Of a DNA stretch of 61,136 bases, positions 1 to 9,406 are shown piece by piece. Source of the DNA: a virus (Duplodnaviria > Caudoviricetes); the IMG/VR virus record IMGVR_UViG_3300019124_000008, positions 1 to 61,136 of that record, one strand, 5' to 3'. The position numbers and the translations under genes were made by a program. The notes beneath the pieces are model-generated. The model ran no database searches. It was not told the DNA's origin and was given only the letters and a program-made list of their open reading frames with translations. Within the stretch, counting starts at the first letter, position 1. The number at the start of each line of letters is the position of its first letter.

Positions 1-336
1 CGGCTCCCCTTTTTTATTGCCGGGAATTGAATAGAGGCGCGTCTGAGCGCGTTTCTCGAAAAAAGACGACCGATTACCTTCAAACGTAATTCAAAGCAGC
101 GAGAGACGCCTTTACGCGCCAATATGAAGCCGCTACGGGTTACATTAAAGCGGGAATGCCCGGTCTCGCCAAGGAAGCTGCCGAAGCGGAGTTTTCAATT
201 TTGGGTCATCTGGGTCACGCCTATTATAAATGAACCAAATGAACCAAAGAAGAAAACTTTAGGTTTTTCTTCCAAAGGTTCTTCTTTTAAGAGAAAAGCC
301 GGGGAAGATCACCCCCCCGGCATTTTGGGTCATCTG
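1..336. repeat. Terminal direct repeat, left copy (circular assembly overlap)
   Basis: Matches 60798-61136 except T6 vs T7 and C7 vs C9 homopolymers. Confidence 0.95.
202..246. repeat. 45-bp four-box inverted-repeat element, copy 1
   Basis: TGGGTCA-TC-TGGGTCA-N13-TGAACCA-AA-TGAACCA. Confidence 0.9.
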
Positions 337-370
337 GGTCAACGCTTACCGGCGTGAACCAAGTGAACCA
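326..370. repeat. 45-bp four-box element, copy 2
   Basis: Same geometry, 13-bp core ACGCTTACCGGCG. Confidence 0.9.
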
Positions 371-429
371 AAATTTCGTTTGCCGTCACGCTTTCGAGCG
401 CGTCAACCGACCGGGTGACAAATGGGAAT

Positions 430-737
430 CTTGGACACTTTTCCAGTTGGTCAGTTGTGGAAGATCGAAAAGTTTGGACACTTTTTGGACAGTCAGGTTT
501 GAGAAGTGCAGTATTTATCGGGGTGAAAACGCATTTGGCAATATCGTTAGCTTGTATTGCCATAAAATTCTCTAAGTTACGTTATTATGTAAGTTACCTT
601 ATTTTTCAATAATTTAGTTGTTACGGTTTAATGTACCTCAATTCCCCCGACTCCATAAATTCCCCTCGCCTTGGACACTTTTTGGACACAGTGGACACTT
701 TTTTCCTTCCAAAACGGGAAGATTATGGACACTTTCT
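430..737. other. Putative attP region with TGGACAC arm-type repeats flanking an AT-rich core
   Basis: Non-coding, directly downstream of integrase; TGGACA(C) repeated at about 432, 475, 486, 672, 683, 692, 726. Confidence 0.6.
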
Positions 738-784
738 GCTTCGTTTGGTCGTCGTTTTTCCATAATCTTCCCGATCATATCCAA

Positions 785-1906
785 CTACCTTCCGTTTAAG
801 GAAAGACCGCGCACGGCATCGAGTTTCGAGTCGAAGGTCGAGTGCGCGTATTTCTTCAAAAGCGTCTCCGGCGCGTGACCCAAAAGCTCGGCGGCGGTCG
901 ATAAATCGACTCCGTTGTGGAGCATCCGGCTGGCGGCGGTATGGCGAGCCGAGTGCGGCAGAACTCCGTCAGCCAATCCCCTGCCGTATGGCACACCGGC
1001 AAACCGGCAAGCCGCTGCAAGCGACCGATAGAGCCACTTGCTTCGGGGGTCACTCTTCCAGCGCGGAAAGACAAATTCGTTTTCCCGCTTCTCGTACCGG
1101 CGGCGGAAAATCTCGAAGACCTCATCGGTCATCGGAACCTCGCGCATCCGGCGGTGATCGGAGTTCTTGCGCTTCAAAGACCGGACTCGAAGAACCCGGA
1201 AATCGAAGTAAACCTGATTCCACTCCATTGAGAGCAGTTCGGCTCGGCGCATCCCGGTCATCATCGCAATCCGCAGAAAGTCTGCCGAATCTTTCCAAGT
1301 GCGGTATCCGCGAAGCAGCAGGTTCGCTTCTCGCGGCGGGTCTTCCAGCACGGCGAGGATTTTATCAAGTTCCGACTCGGTAATCAATTTGGTGCGCGTT
1401 TTGAACGGCGTCGAGATGTAATTGAACTTCGGCACTTCCCAATCGCCGAGCAGTTCCGGGTTGCGGCGTTTAATCTCATGCAGAGCCTTCTTCAAATACC
1501 GCAGATACATATTGACCGTATCCGGCGCGATTCCCCGCTTCGTCTCGGCTTCGCGCAGAGCGTCGATATGCCGCTCGGAAAGACGAGTCAGTTGCAGATC
1601 GGCTGGCAAGCTCGCGGCAAATTCCTCTAACTTGATCGCTCGGAACCGATTCGCCGAACTCCAGAAATCGACCGCTGCCTCGCGGTGTCGAGCCGCCACC
1701 CGCTTAAGCTCGTCCGAGGCGTACAGGCGCAAGCCATCGGACTTGAACGGAATGCCGTGCTTGGTACTCATCCAGCGGCTCTTGAGAACCGTCACGGCAT
1801 TGTCGGCGTCGGATTTCGTTTTGAAGCCGCTTTTTCGGATACGCTTGCCAACCGGGTCGCGCAGATCGTAACCCCAAGTTCCATTATCGAATTTCTTTAC
1901 TCCCAT
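785..1906 (-). CDS. int: Tyrosine integrase
   Basis: N-terminal arm-binding-like segment (KSGFKTKSDA); TGMRRAEL, HSARH, LLGH and terminal Y catalytic motifs. Confidence 0.95.
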   Translation of the reverse strand: MGVKKFDNGTWGYDLRDPVGKRIRKSGFKTKSDADNAVTVLKSRWMSTKHGIPFKSDGLRLYASDELKRVAARHREAAVDFWSSANRFRAIKLEEFAASLPADLQLTRLSERHIDALREAETKRGIAPDTVNMYLRYLKKALHEIKRRNPELLGDWEVPKFNYISTPFKTRTKLITESELDKILAVLEDPPREANLLLRGYRTWKDSADFLRIAMMTGMRRAELLSMEWNQVYFDFRVLRVRSLKRKNSDHRRMREVPMTDEVFEIFRRRYEKRENEFVFPRWKSDPRSKWLYRSLAAACRFAGVPYGRGLADGVLPHSARHTAASRMLHNGVDLSTAAELLGHAPETLLKKYAHSTFDSKLDAVRGLSLNGR

Positions 1907-1938
1907 ATCCCTTGTTTCCCTCGCTTAGACAAAAAATT

Positions 1939-2172
1939 TTAGATTGCTTTTCCATAAATCGTTTCGCGCATCGACGCGGCTTCCTCGATCTGCTCGCGCT
2001 TAAATTCCTCGACTTCCGACCGGACGAGCCGGACAGACCGACCGAGGCGCACCCGGAGAAGCCGAGCGGTTCCCGCCTTTCCGTTATAGACGGTCTTCGG
2101 CGCGAGCCGGAGCATTTCTGCCGCTTCCGCGACGCTGATTAATTCCTGTTGTTGCTGTTGATGTTGTTCCAT
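1939..2172 (-). CDS. Excisionase-like HTH protein
   Basis: LISVAEAAEMLRLAPKTVY winged HTH with RLGRSVR wing; directly upstream of int. Confidence 0.8.
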   Translation of the reverse strand: MEQHQQQQQELISVAEAAEMLRLAPKTVYNGKAGTARLLRVRLGRSVRLVRSEVEEFKREQIEEAASMRETIYGKAI

Positions 2173-2210
2173 ACTTCTTACACGCTCTTACACTTCTTCT
2201 ACTTACCTTC

Positions 2211-3074
2211 TTATCCGATCAAGCCGACTTCCCGGACGCCGCTGATCTTGACTTCGATTTCCTTGTTCTTCGAGACCCGCACGATACCGCTCCACTTGAC
2301 GACGTTGCCGTCATCATCGAGAATCGGCATCGCCGACGACTTGAGCCAGAGCAAGCCGCGCTTGGTGAGCATCGGAAATTCGGCTTCATACGGGTGAAGC
2401 GTTCTGACCGAATGCGACCAAAGCTCGCGCACTTCCTCGCGCCAGTTCGGGTGTATCAGATCGAAGAACCGAAAATCCTCGACGCACGACTCGTCTTCTC
2501 CCCAGATCGACCGGAAATCCTGATGCGGCGGCAGATAGCATCGTCCGTCCGGCGTCGCCTTCCAGAACAACTGCCGCTCCGCGCCGTTCCACGCATCGAC
2601 CGAGCCGAACGTTCGCTTGTCGGCTTGCGTCACCAACCCGACGACCGAGAACCTGTCGGTCAGCGAGCAGTATTCGCGGAACAACGGGTTGTGCGGCTTG
2701 AGATGAAACGTCATTCGGTCGAACCGGACATCGCCGCCGCAGTCGCACGGCACGATCTCTCTGACGACGAGTTGCGAGTAGCCGGATTCACCTTTCGGCT
2801 TGAGAACCATCAGCCGGTTGAGAATCGGCTTTGAGTAGCGGTGCGTGATAAAAATATCACCGGGATGAAAGTCGAGTTGCGCCAGCGATTCGTCGGATAG
2901 TTCGACGGCAAAGCGTCTCTGGACACCCCGCAGCCGCTCGGCGACCGCCGGAATGCGCTTGACCCGATACCATTGCGACTCGGTGGGTTCCGTATCGTAG
3001 ATAGGACTGTTTTTCTTCTCTGAAACTCCGAAAACTGACTGATCTTCGATTTCGGTAAAAAGTGTATCGCTCAT
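2211..3074 (-). CDS. S24/LexA C-terminal-like domain fused to a C-terminal PAS (PAS_3-like) domain
   Basis: FAVELSDESL..FHPGDIFI..LKPHNPLF..VVGLV resembles peptidase S24; IHPNWREEVRELW..YEAEF..WLKSSAMPILDDDGNVVKWSG is a typical PAS/PAC signature. Confidence 0.75.
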   Translation of the reverse strand: MSDTLFTEIEDQSVFGVSEKKNSPIYDTEPTESQWYRVKRIPAVAERLRGVQRRFAVELSDESLAQLDFHPGDIFITHRYSKPILNRLMVLKPKGESGYSQLVVREIVPCDCGGDVRFDRMTFHLKPHNPLFREYCSLTDRFSVVGLVTQADKRTFGSVDAWNGAERQLFWKATPDGRCYLPPHQDFRSIWGEDESCVEDFRFFDLIHPNWREEVRELWSHSVRTLHPYEAEFPMLTKRGLLWLKSSAMPILDDDGNVVKWSGIVRVSKNKEIEVKISGVREVGLIG

Positions 3075-3144
3075 AAATTATTTATCCCTCTCAAGGTTGT
3101 AGATGTGTATAGACCCGCTTGAATAAAATTAATAATAGTAGTTG

Positions 3145-3588
3145 TTAGTCGTCTTTCAGTTCCTTCATCTCGAAAGGATGCGCTCCGAGAGTCGAATTGG
3201 GAACTTCCCGTTCTGCCTTATAAAGCGGAATAAGCTCCGTATCTTCCTCATCGGACACGCCGACCGCTTTATCTCTATGAGTTGCTTCGATTAAAGATAC
3301 ACGCAGTCGGGTTGCCGGAATTTCAATAAAGATCGCTGTGGGAATAGATGAGCTTAATTTATTTTCCGTTGTTTCCTTTTCGAGAAACATCTCCCCATCT
3401 CCAGTTAAGAGCCAGTTCAGGTTGACGTTCGTGGTTTTTCTAATCTGGACGAGAACTTCGGCACTTGGCATTCTTCCACCGACATAATTTTTAATCGTAT
3501 TATATGGAATATCCGTTAGCCTTGAAATCTCTGCCATATTGTCTGTTCCGCAAACTTCCTGAAGTCTCGTGATAAATTCAGTCGGCAT
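3145..3588 (-). CDS. CI-like repressor (N-terminal HTH only)
   Basis: MAEISRLTDIPYNTIKNY..PSAEVL..VNLNWLLTGDGEM phage CI HTH; no complete S24 domain. Confidence 0.85.
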   Translation of the reverse strand: MPTEFITRLQEVCGTDNMAEISRLTDIPYNTIKNYVGGRMPSAEVLVQIRKTTNVNLNWLLTGDGEMFLEKETTENKLSSSIPTAIFIEIPATRLRVSLIEATHRDKAVGVSDEEDTELIPLYKAEREVPNSTLGAHPFEMKELKDD

Positions 3589-3668
3589 TCTTATCTCCTT
3601 TGGTGTATGGTAGTTAGGTATTTTATTATAATTATATTGTCAAGCTGACACAAGCAGCCTGAGTGCTG

Positions 3669-3727
3669 TTGACAATCTGCTCAATATGAGCTATGATTGG
3701 TTCCGAAGTGGCAGTCAATCTGCTCAC
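3669..3727 (+). promoter_or_regulatory. Rightward sigma70 promoter with CAATCTGCTCA operator repeats
   Basis: TTGACA 3669, 17 bp, TATGAT 3692; CAATCTGCTCA at 3673 and 3717. Confidence 0.7.
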
Positions 3728-3810
3728 ATTAAGAAGATAATACAACCGATAACGCAAAAAAATCAACTAAAACAGGCAGATTTTCAGGGGGAAAATCTAA
3801 ATTAACGACT

Positions 3811-4101
3811 ATGAATAGAAATAAAATTGAAAAGAGTGAAGCAGTTACATCAGACCGTAACAGCTTTCAATTCGTAAGTGAGATTGAAGTGACGACGACG
3901 GCTCGGCAGAAGCCGGACGCGGCGGCGGCATTATTCGACGCATTCGGGGAGTTGCGCGACATTAAACTCGTCACCGGAGAAATGGAAGACACCGAACTCG
4001 CCGATGCCGTCTGGAGAGCCGCCGACCGGGTGCAGATTCTTCTGGAGAATTTCTTCGACTCGACCCAAGAGCCGACCGAAGGGGGTGAGATGGTCGAATG
4101 A
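3811..4101 (+). CDS. Hypothetical protein
   Basis: First ORF of rightward operon; ATGA overlap with next gene. Confidence 0.55.
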   Translation: MNRNKIEKSEAVTSDRNSFQFVSEIEVTTTARQKPDAAAALFDAFGELRDIKLVTGEMEDTELADAVWRAADRVQILLENFFDSTQEPTEGGEMVE

Positions 4102-4559
4102 GCGAATTGATTGCCACCGCGTATTCGTCAGACGAGGAACGCCGACGCAAGAACAACACCGAGCGCACTCATTCACGCGACCTTCATTACAGTCAATGGC
4201 ACAGGCGGGTTCACGGACTCGCCTATGTCGATATTGATTCGGTCGAATCGTGTCCGAGATGCCAGCAGCCGATCTGCTTGGTCGAGTTTGCGCGTGATGT
4301 CGGTCAGGATATTACGAAAAAGCGAGCGCACGTTACGCGCAACATCGCCAACCGGCTCGGCATCGACGCCTACGTCGTGCTGTATAAACTTGACGAGCGC
4401 GAGATCGACATTGCCGGGTTCCGCGCCATTCGCATCGCGCCGAAGCGGAGCAAGGAACACGCCTTCACGCCAGCCGGGTGGGGTGAGTATCTGAAGCGGC
4501 TCCAGAGCGAGCATCAGCTTGTCTGCAAGTTCGCCGCCGCCGAAAAAGGGGGAAATTAA
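4098..4559 (+). CDS. Hypothetical protein, possible PD-(D/E)XK-like nuclease
   Basis: DIDSVE..CxxC..LVEF pattern. Confidence 0.5.
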   Translation: MSELIATAYSSDEERRRKNNTERTHSRDLHYSQWHRRVHGLAYVDIDSVESCPRCQQPICLVEFARDVGQDITKKRAHVTRNIANRLGIDAYVVLYKLDEREIDIAGFRAIRIAPKRSKEHAFTPAGWGEYLKRLQSEHQLVCKFAAAEKGGN

Positions 4560-4631
4560 AGTTATGAAAGAATTTACGTCCAAAACTGCATTGCGATATT
4601 CGACCGGGTTCGCCGAGGGGGTGAAGTTCTG

Positions 4632-4967
4632 ATGACGCGGTATTCGGATGACGAAATTATGATCTTTGCCGGTCAGGTCGCCGACGCCGTTCTCAAGAGC
4701 CAGCGGCGTGAATACGAATACGCGCTCGACAAGCTCGACGGCTTCGAGGATATGCTTGACGAGGCGCGGAATGCGGCGGCTGACGAAGCCGAACGGGTCT
4801 TGCGCGATTACGACGGAGCGGCGACTTCCCCGCTGCCGAAAAATCTCTTGATGAAAATGGCGTCATCGGCGAGCTACGTTTTCGCCGAGCGGCTTTACCA
4901 TCTGATTCGGCAGAAGTATCCGTCAAAAAATTTTGCCGATTCGTTACGGGAGAACGTAAACGTATGA
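4632..4967 (+). CDS. Hypothetical protein
   Basis: GAGG RBS, coupled to next gene. Confidence 0.6.
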   Translation: MTRYSDDEIMIFAGQVADAVLKSQRREYEYALDKLDGFEDMLDEARNAAADEAERVLRDYDGAATSPLPKNLLMKMASSASYVFAERLYHLIRQKYPSKNFADSLRENVNV

Positions 4968-5407
4968 CGCAAGAGGAAAAAGACAGGTATTACTTGGACG
5001 AGGCTCGGCGCGTTTCGACGTTGAGCCACGACCCATCGACCCAGACCGGGTGCGTCATCGTCAGCGAGGGTATGCTTCTGACCTACGGCTGGAACCATAT
5101 CCCGCGAGGCAAAGCGGAATGGCTCGCCGACCGAGCGACGAAGCTCAAAGTCGTCACTCATGCCGAGATTCACGCGCTCGCCAGCAACGCGGGTTGGGAT
5201 TTGCGCGGTGCGACCGCCTACATTCATCCTTGGCTTCCCTGCGGGAACTGCTTTTCCGCGTTGGTCGGAGCCGGGATTGAACGGGTCGTCGCGCCGAAGA
5301 TGGATGAGGAAAGCGACCGCTACCGGCGGTGGAAGGATGACTTCGATCTCGTCCGTGAATACGCCGCTCACGCGGGTATCGGATTGGTCGAAATGGAAGT
5401 TACTTGA
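4964..5407 (+). CDS. dCMP deaminase
   Basis: SHDPSTQTGCVIV, HAE and PCGNC zinc motifs. Confidence 0.9.
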   Translation: MTQEEKDRYYLDEARRVSTLSHDPSTQTGCVIVSEGMLLTYGWNHIPRGKAEWLADRATKLKVVTHAEIHALASNAGWDLRGATAYIHPWLPCGNCFSALVGAGIERVVAPKMDEESDRYRRWKDDFDLVREYAAHAGIGLVEMEVT

Positions 5408-5423
5408 AAACGTAATTTTTCGC

Positions 5424-5453
5424 TTGACAAATGATTACGTTCTAGTGTAAATT
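5424..5453 (+). promoter_or_regulatory. Sigma70 promoter with TTACG palindrome in the spacer
   Basis: TTGACA 5424; TTACGTTCTAGTGTAA 5435-5450. Confidence 0.65.
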
Positions 5454-5579
5454 AAACAATGTCAGCCGGGGAATGCTGACGAGGGGTAAAGCGGAAAGTT
5501 CTCGCCGAGCATAGTGATCGAGATTCCGCTAACTTCGGGTCGAGTGCCTCGGTCAAAAAACTTTGCGGGAGATATGTAA

Positions 5580-5870
5580 ATGGATAAAGAAAAAGAAATT
5601 TTCGGTGCGCCTTTTAGCGGCTTCTACGATTACGACGACTTCGGTGAAATCCCGAACCCGAAGACGGTGCATAAATTTGAAAACGGAATTTTCGTGGAAA
5701 CGGAAAATACAGTCAGCTACTACGGCTTTCGGACGGACACCCTCGCCGATCTCGAAGCGCGTTGGGGAAAATACATCGGGTCGAAGGAATTTACGTCGAA
5801 CCTCGGTGCGCGGGTCTTCAGCATTGCGCCGGGAGTTGAAGTGCTGGTCATCCAGCCGGTCAAGGGGTGA
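5580..5870 (+). CDS. Hypothetical protein
   Basis: GGGAG RBS. Confidence 0.65.
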   Translation: MDKEKEIFGAPFSGFYDYDDFGEIPNPKTVHKFENGIFVETENTVSYYGFRTDTLADLEARWGKYIGSKEFTSNLGARVFSIAPGVEVLVIQPVKG

Positions 5871-5935
5871 GGTTTTGCTTTGACTGATAGTTACGTTACA
5901 AAGTAAAAAAAGTAATGAAAAAGTGAAAAAAGCAC

Positions 5936-5964
5936 TTGACAAAAGTTACGTCGTAACGTATATT
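5936..5964 (+). promoter_or_regulatory. Sigma70 promoter with TTACG palindrome
   Basis: TTGACA 5936, 17 bp, TATATT 5959; TTACGTCGTAACGTAT 5946-5961. Confidence 0.7.
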
Positions 5965-6039
5965 AGAAAATGTCAGCGGGAAACGAAACCGAAAGACAGG
6001 AATCGAAACAAAAAAAAACTTAAAAAGAGAGGAAATCGA

Positions 6040-6345
6040 ATGAACAACAACAAAAAAGAAATGCAGGAACGCTTTGAAGCGATCAAGACGGAACCGACCG
6101 CCGAAACCGCGACGGTCGTCATCACCGGCGGCAACGGAGAAGCCGTGACCTTTGAACTGGCTTACTCGAATGAGTCGAAGATGCTCGCGGTTCACGCATC
6201 CGACGCCGACGAAGTGAACCGGGTGATTCAGGAATCGGACAATCCCCCGCTGTACGCAGTCGCCGCCATGCGCTTTAATCGTTCTCTGAGTCAGCCGACT
6301 GACCCGCTGGCGCAGCTTCTCGCCGCAGTCGCCGCCGGAAGCTAA
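6040..6345 (+). CDS. Hypothetical protein
   Basis: GAGG RBS before ATG 6040. Confidence 0.65.
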   Translation: MNNNKKEMQERFEAIKTEPTAETATVVITGGNGEAVTFELAYSNESKMLAVHASDADEVNRVIQESDNPPLYAVAAMRFNRSLSQPTDPLAQLLAAVAAGS

Positions 6346-6478
6346 AGAGAAAAGGGGTAAAAAATTTTTCGCGGGGAGTTACGCTCTAACGTACAATCGG
6401 CGTGACTCCCCGAAGATAAAAGAAAATGAATGGTTGATTTTAACCGACTACTTAAAGTTTAAGGGAGAGAGAAAAGAA

Positions 6479-7165
6479 ATGAGCAACGATTTGGTAGCAC
6501 AGGCTGGCGGCGGCAAGCGTCGTCAATATTTTGTCGGAACGCCTTCGGGTATGTACAACGCGGTTTGCGTCGATGTGATCGACCTCGGATACGAAGTCGA
6601 TGAGTGGCAGGGTCAGAAAAAGGTGAAGCGCAAAGTGCAGTTCGCCTTCCAACTCGATCAGACGATTGACGAGAAGTTAATCAAGAAGGCGAAGAAACGC
6701 GCCGGTCTGCCGGAAAAGCTGGACGAAAGCGACGAGGAACTGCTCGGTAAACCGCTTCTCGTCTTCACGAAGAAGCTGCCGCTCTCGCTGTACGAAACGA
6801 GCGGATTGCGGAAGTTCCTCAATGCGTGGAACGGCGAAGATGTCGGCGACCGCGAAGTGATCGACGGCAAGGATAAAACCTACGTCGGTCGTCAGGCGAC
6901 CCTGATGATTACGGAAGTCGCCGACAAGAACAAGAAGGGTGTTTATTACTCGAACATCGTGGCGATCACGCCGCCTGACGAGGATGCCGAGCCGGTCGTG
7001 CCGAGCGAAGATTACGTTCGCCGGAAAGATCGTGACAACTATCAGGCTCCGCCGACCGAAGAGGAAGCGATGGCGAAAGCCGGTCTTCTGACGGTGGCTG
7101 CTGCGGCTGCTGCCGGAGCCGACGCGGGTGGCAGCGACGACGCGATTCCCTTCGGCGACGAATAG
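6479..7165 (+). CDS. Phage single-stranded DNA-binding-like protein
   Basis: G.Y.A.C.DVIDLG N-terminus, acidic C-tail ending DDAIPF; precedes primase. Confidence 0.65.
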   Translation: MSNDLVAQAGGGKRRQYFVGTPSGMYNAVCVDVIDLGYEVDEWQGQKKVKRKVQFAFQLDQTIDEKLIKKAKKRAGLPEKLDESDEELLGKPLLVFTKKLPLSLYETSGLRKFLNAWNGEDVGDREVIDGKDKTYVGRQATLMITEVADKNKKGVYYSNIVAITPPDEDAEPVVPSEDYVRRKDRDNYQAPPTEEEAMAKAGLLTVAAAAAAGADAGGSDDAIPFGDE

Positions 7166-7210
7166 GAAAAAATTTTCCTGAATGGTCACGTTGTAACGTA
7201 ACAAGCCGTT

Positions 7211-7255
7211 TGGGTCATCTGGGTCACCGCTATAAGGGATGAACCAAATGACCCA
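7211..7255. repeat. 45-bp four-box element, copy 3
   Basis: Core CCGCTATAAGGGA. Confidence 0.9.
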
Positions 7256-7315
7256 AACGGGATAAGTCCAGAAAAGGTTTTATGAAGATTCTACTGACGG
7301 AGAACGAAAAAGGTA

Positions 7316-9406
7316 ATGAATAAAGCAAAGGAAAAGAAAATCAATCAGGAAGCGGTCAATCACCTGAACGTGATCTTGGATTCGGTTCCGAAAGACGCTG
7401 GCTACGTCGAAATCCGAACCTTCCCCGAAACCGAGGAAGCGAAGAAGCAGAACAAATTCGGTCGCTCGTACTTTCTGCCGACCGACGCCGCGCCGGAGCA
7501 GATCGAAGCGGCGGTCAGGTGGTCGGAAATCGAATCGAAGCAGGGTCGCGGAGTCTTCGTCGGAATGAATCCCCGGAGCCGCGAGGAAGGAACCAAGAGC
7601 GCGGTCAAGACGCACTCAGCCGCCTTCCTCGACCTCGATCTGGAAAAGCGAGGCATCCGGCGCGAAGACGCGATTGCCGAGATCAAGGAAAACTCGCCGA
7701 TTCCGCCGACTTACATTTCCGAATCGGGTGGCGGTTTGCACGTTGCTTATTACTTTAAGCCGACCGACGACCCGAAGAAGTGGGAAGCTCTTCAGGAAAC
7801 GCTTTACGAGCGGTTCCAGCACATCGGAGCCGACCGCTCGGTCGTGACCGATTCGGCGCGGGTGCTTCGGTTGACCGGGTTTCCGAACTGGAAGTACGCG
7901 GAGCCTCGTCAGGCGCGAATCATCGAGTTTACGCCGATGGAAACGAAGCCGTCGTTCGGCACGGTCGCCGAGGTCTTCGACGTTCAGTTGCACAGCGCGA
8001 GCGGCGAACGCAAGCGTCACGAACTTCCTGAAGAAATCGTTGCCAGCGGCGACGGAGTGCGGTACGAGGGAAGAAACGCGCTGCTGCACAAGGAAGCGAG
8101 CCGTCTGCGCGGTTGGGGTTACGAGTTCGAGGAAATTTTTTCGGCGGTCATGGAGATCAACGAACGACGCGCCAAGCCGCCGCTCGATGAGGATGAGGTA
8201 AGAAACATCGTGCAGTCGGTCATCAAGTACACGCCGAACCACACGCTCGGCGAAGCCGGTACGAAGACGGTCGGAATGAGATTCGGCGATTTTTACAATG
8301 CCGAATACCCGGAAATGGAATACATCATTTACGGCTTATATCCGGGTGAGATCGGAATGGTTCAGGCGAAGCCGAACATCGGCAAAACGACGATGATGCT
8401 CAACGTGGCGATGGCGGCGGCGACCGGAACGGAGTATTACCCGCTGCTCGAAGCCGGACGACCGAAGAAGGTGATGTATCTCGACTTCGAGAACCGCGCC
8501 AGCTTTCTTCAGCTTGATATGAAGAAAATGGCGGCGAACTTCACCGAGGAAGAAAAACGGCTGCTCTTCGAGAACCTCTATGTGATGGTTGACGAGGAAC
8601 TGTTCGGTCAGCCGTTCAGCCTGTCGAATCCCGATCACTTCGAGATTCTGATGGATTTGGCGAAGACGTTCGGAGCCGAAATCATCATCATCGACACGCT
8701 GATTAAGGCTTTTTCGCTGGCGAACGAGAACGACAACTCGGAAGTCGAGCGGGTCGTCAACAAGCCGCTCGATGAACTGGCGAGAAAGACGCAATCGGCT
8801 GTTCTTCTCGTTCACCACATCGGGAAGGCTGGCGAGACGGCAGACAAGTCGAAATTGTACCGAGCGCGTGGCGCAAGCTCGCTCGCGGGTGCGGCACGGC
8901 TGGTTCTCGATCTCGACTCGATGAAAGACGGAAACGGTCGAGCCGTGAAAGATCACGTTGTTCTGAACGTCGCCAAGATCAAAGGCAAGCCGTTCGATGA
9001 CGTTGTGTACGTTCTCGATTTTCCGAAGCGGTGGTTTGAACCGGCTGAAGTGACGCTTCCCGATCAGACTTCGGTTCAGGAAATCGTCTGGAGCGTCGTC
9101 ACCGAGCCGATGCGCCGTGAGGAAATTGTCGAGCGCGTCGTCGCGCAGGGGGTCGATGTTTCCGAATCGACGGTTAAACGCGCTCTGAAGCTCGGAGTTT
9201 CGACCGGACGGATTCGCCGGGGAGTCAAGCAGGGTTATTACGAACCGGCTGACGCGCCGGAGACGGCTGCGGCGGTGGTGGAAGGGGAGCCTGATTCTCT
9301 TCCGCTTCCCTTCCCGGTTGATCGAGAGGCGCATTACGACCCGCAAATCGCGGCAATCGAGTTCGAGGCTTCGGAAATGAATGACGACGAGGGTGTTGAG
9401 GTATGA
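7316..9406 (+). CDS. Primase-helicase (RepB-type primase, PriCT-like, AAA_25/RecA-like helicase)
   Basis: FLDLD, SGGGLHVAY, DSARVLRLTGFPN; EGRNALL..PPLDEDEV; Walker A AKPNIGKT, IIIIDT, LLVHH. Confidence 0.85.
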   Translation: MNKAKEKKINQEAVNHLNVILDSVPKDAGYVEIRTFPETEEAKKQNKFGRSYFLPTDAAPEQIEAAVRWSEIESKQGRGVFVGMNPRSREEGTKSAVKTHSAAFLDLDLEKRGIRREDAIAEIKENSPIPPTYISESGGGLHVAYYFKPTDDPKKWEALQETLYERFQHIGADRSVVTDSARVLRLTGFPNWKYAEPRQARIIEFTPMETKPSFGTVAEVFDVQLHSASGERKRHELPEEIVASGDGVRYEGRNALLHKEASRLRGWGYEFEEIFSAVMEINERRAKPPLDEDEVRNIVQSVIKYTPNHTLGEAGTKTVGMRFGDFYNAEYPEMEYIIYGLYPGEIGMVQAKPNIGKTTMMLNVAMAAATGTEYYPLLEAGRPKKVMYLDFENRASFLQLDMKKMAANFTEEEKRLLFENLYVMVDEELFGQPFSLSNPDHFEILMDLAKTFGAEIIIIDTLIKAFSLANENDNSEVERVVNKPLDELARKTQSAVLLVHHIGKAGETADKSKLYRARGASSLAGAARLVLDLDSMKDGNGRAVKDHVVLNVAKIKGKPFDDVVYVLDFPKRWFEPAEVTLPDQTSVQEIVWSVVTEPMRREEIVERVVAQGVDVSESTVKRALKLGVSTGRIRRGVKQGYYEPADAPETAAAVVEGEPDSLPLPFPVDREAHYDPQIAAIEFEASEMNDDEGVEV

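Noticed and set aside
124-878. Short ORFs in the att region, and the FWVIWVT peptide recurring in several ORFs
   Set aside because: Artefacts of translating the non-coding four-box element and arm repeats
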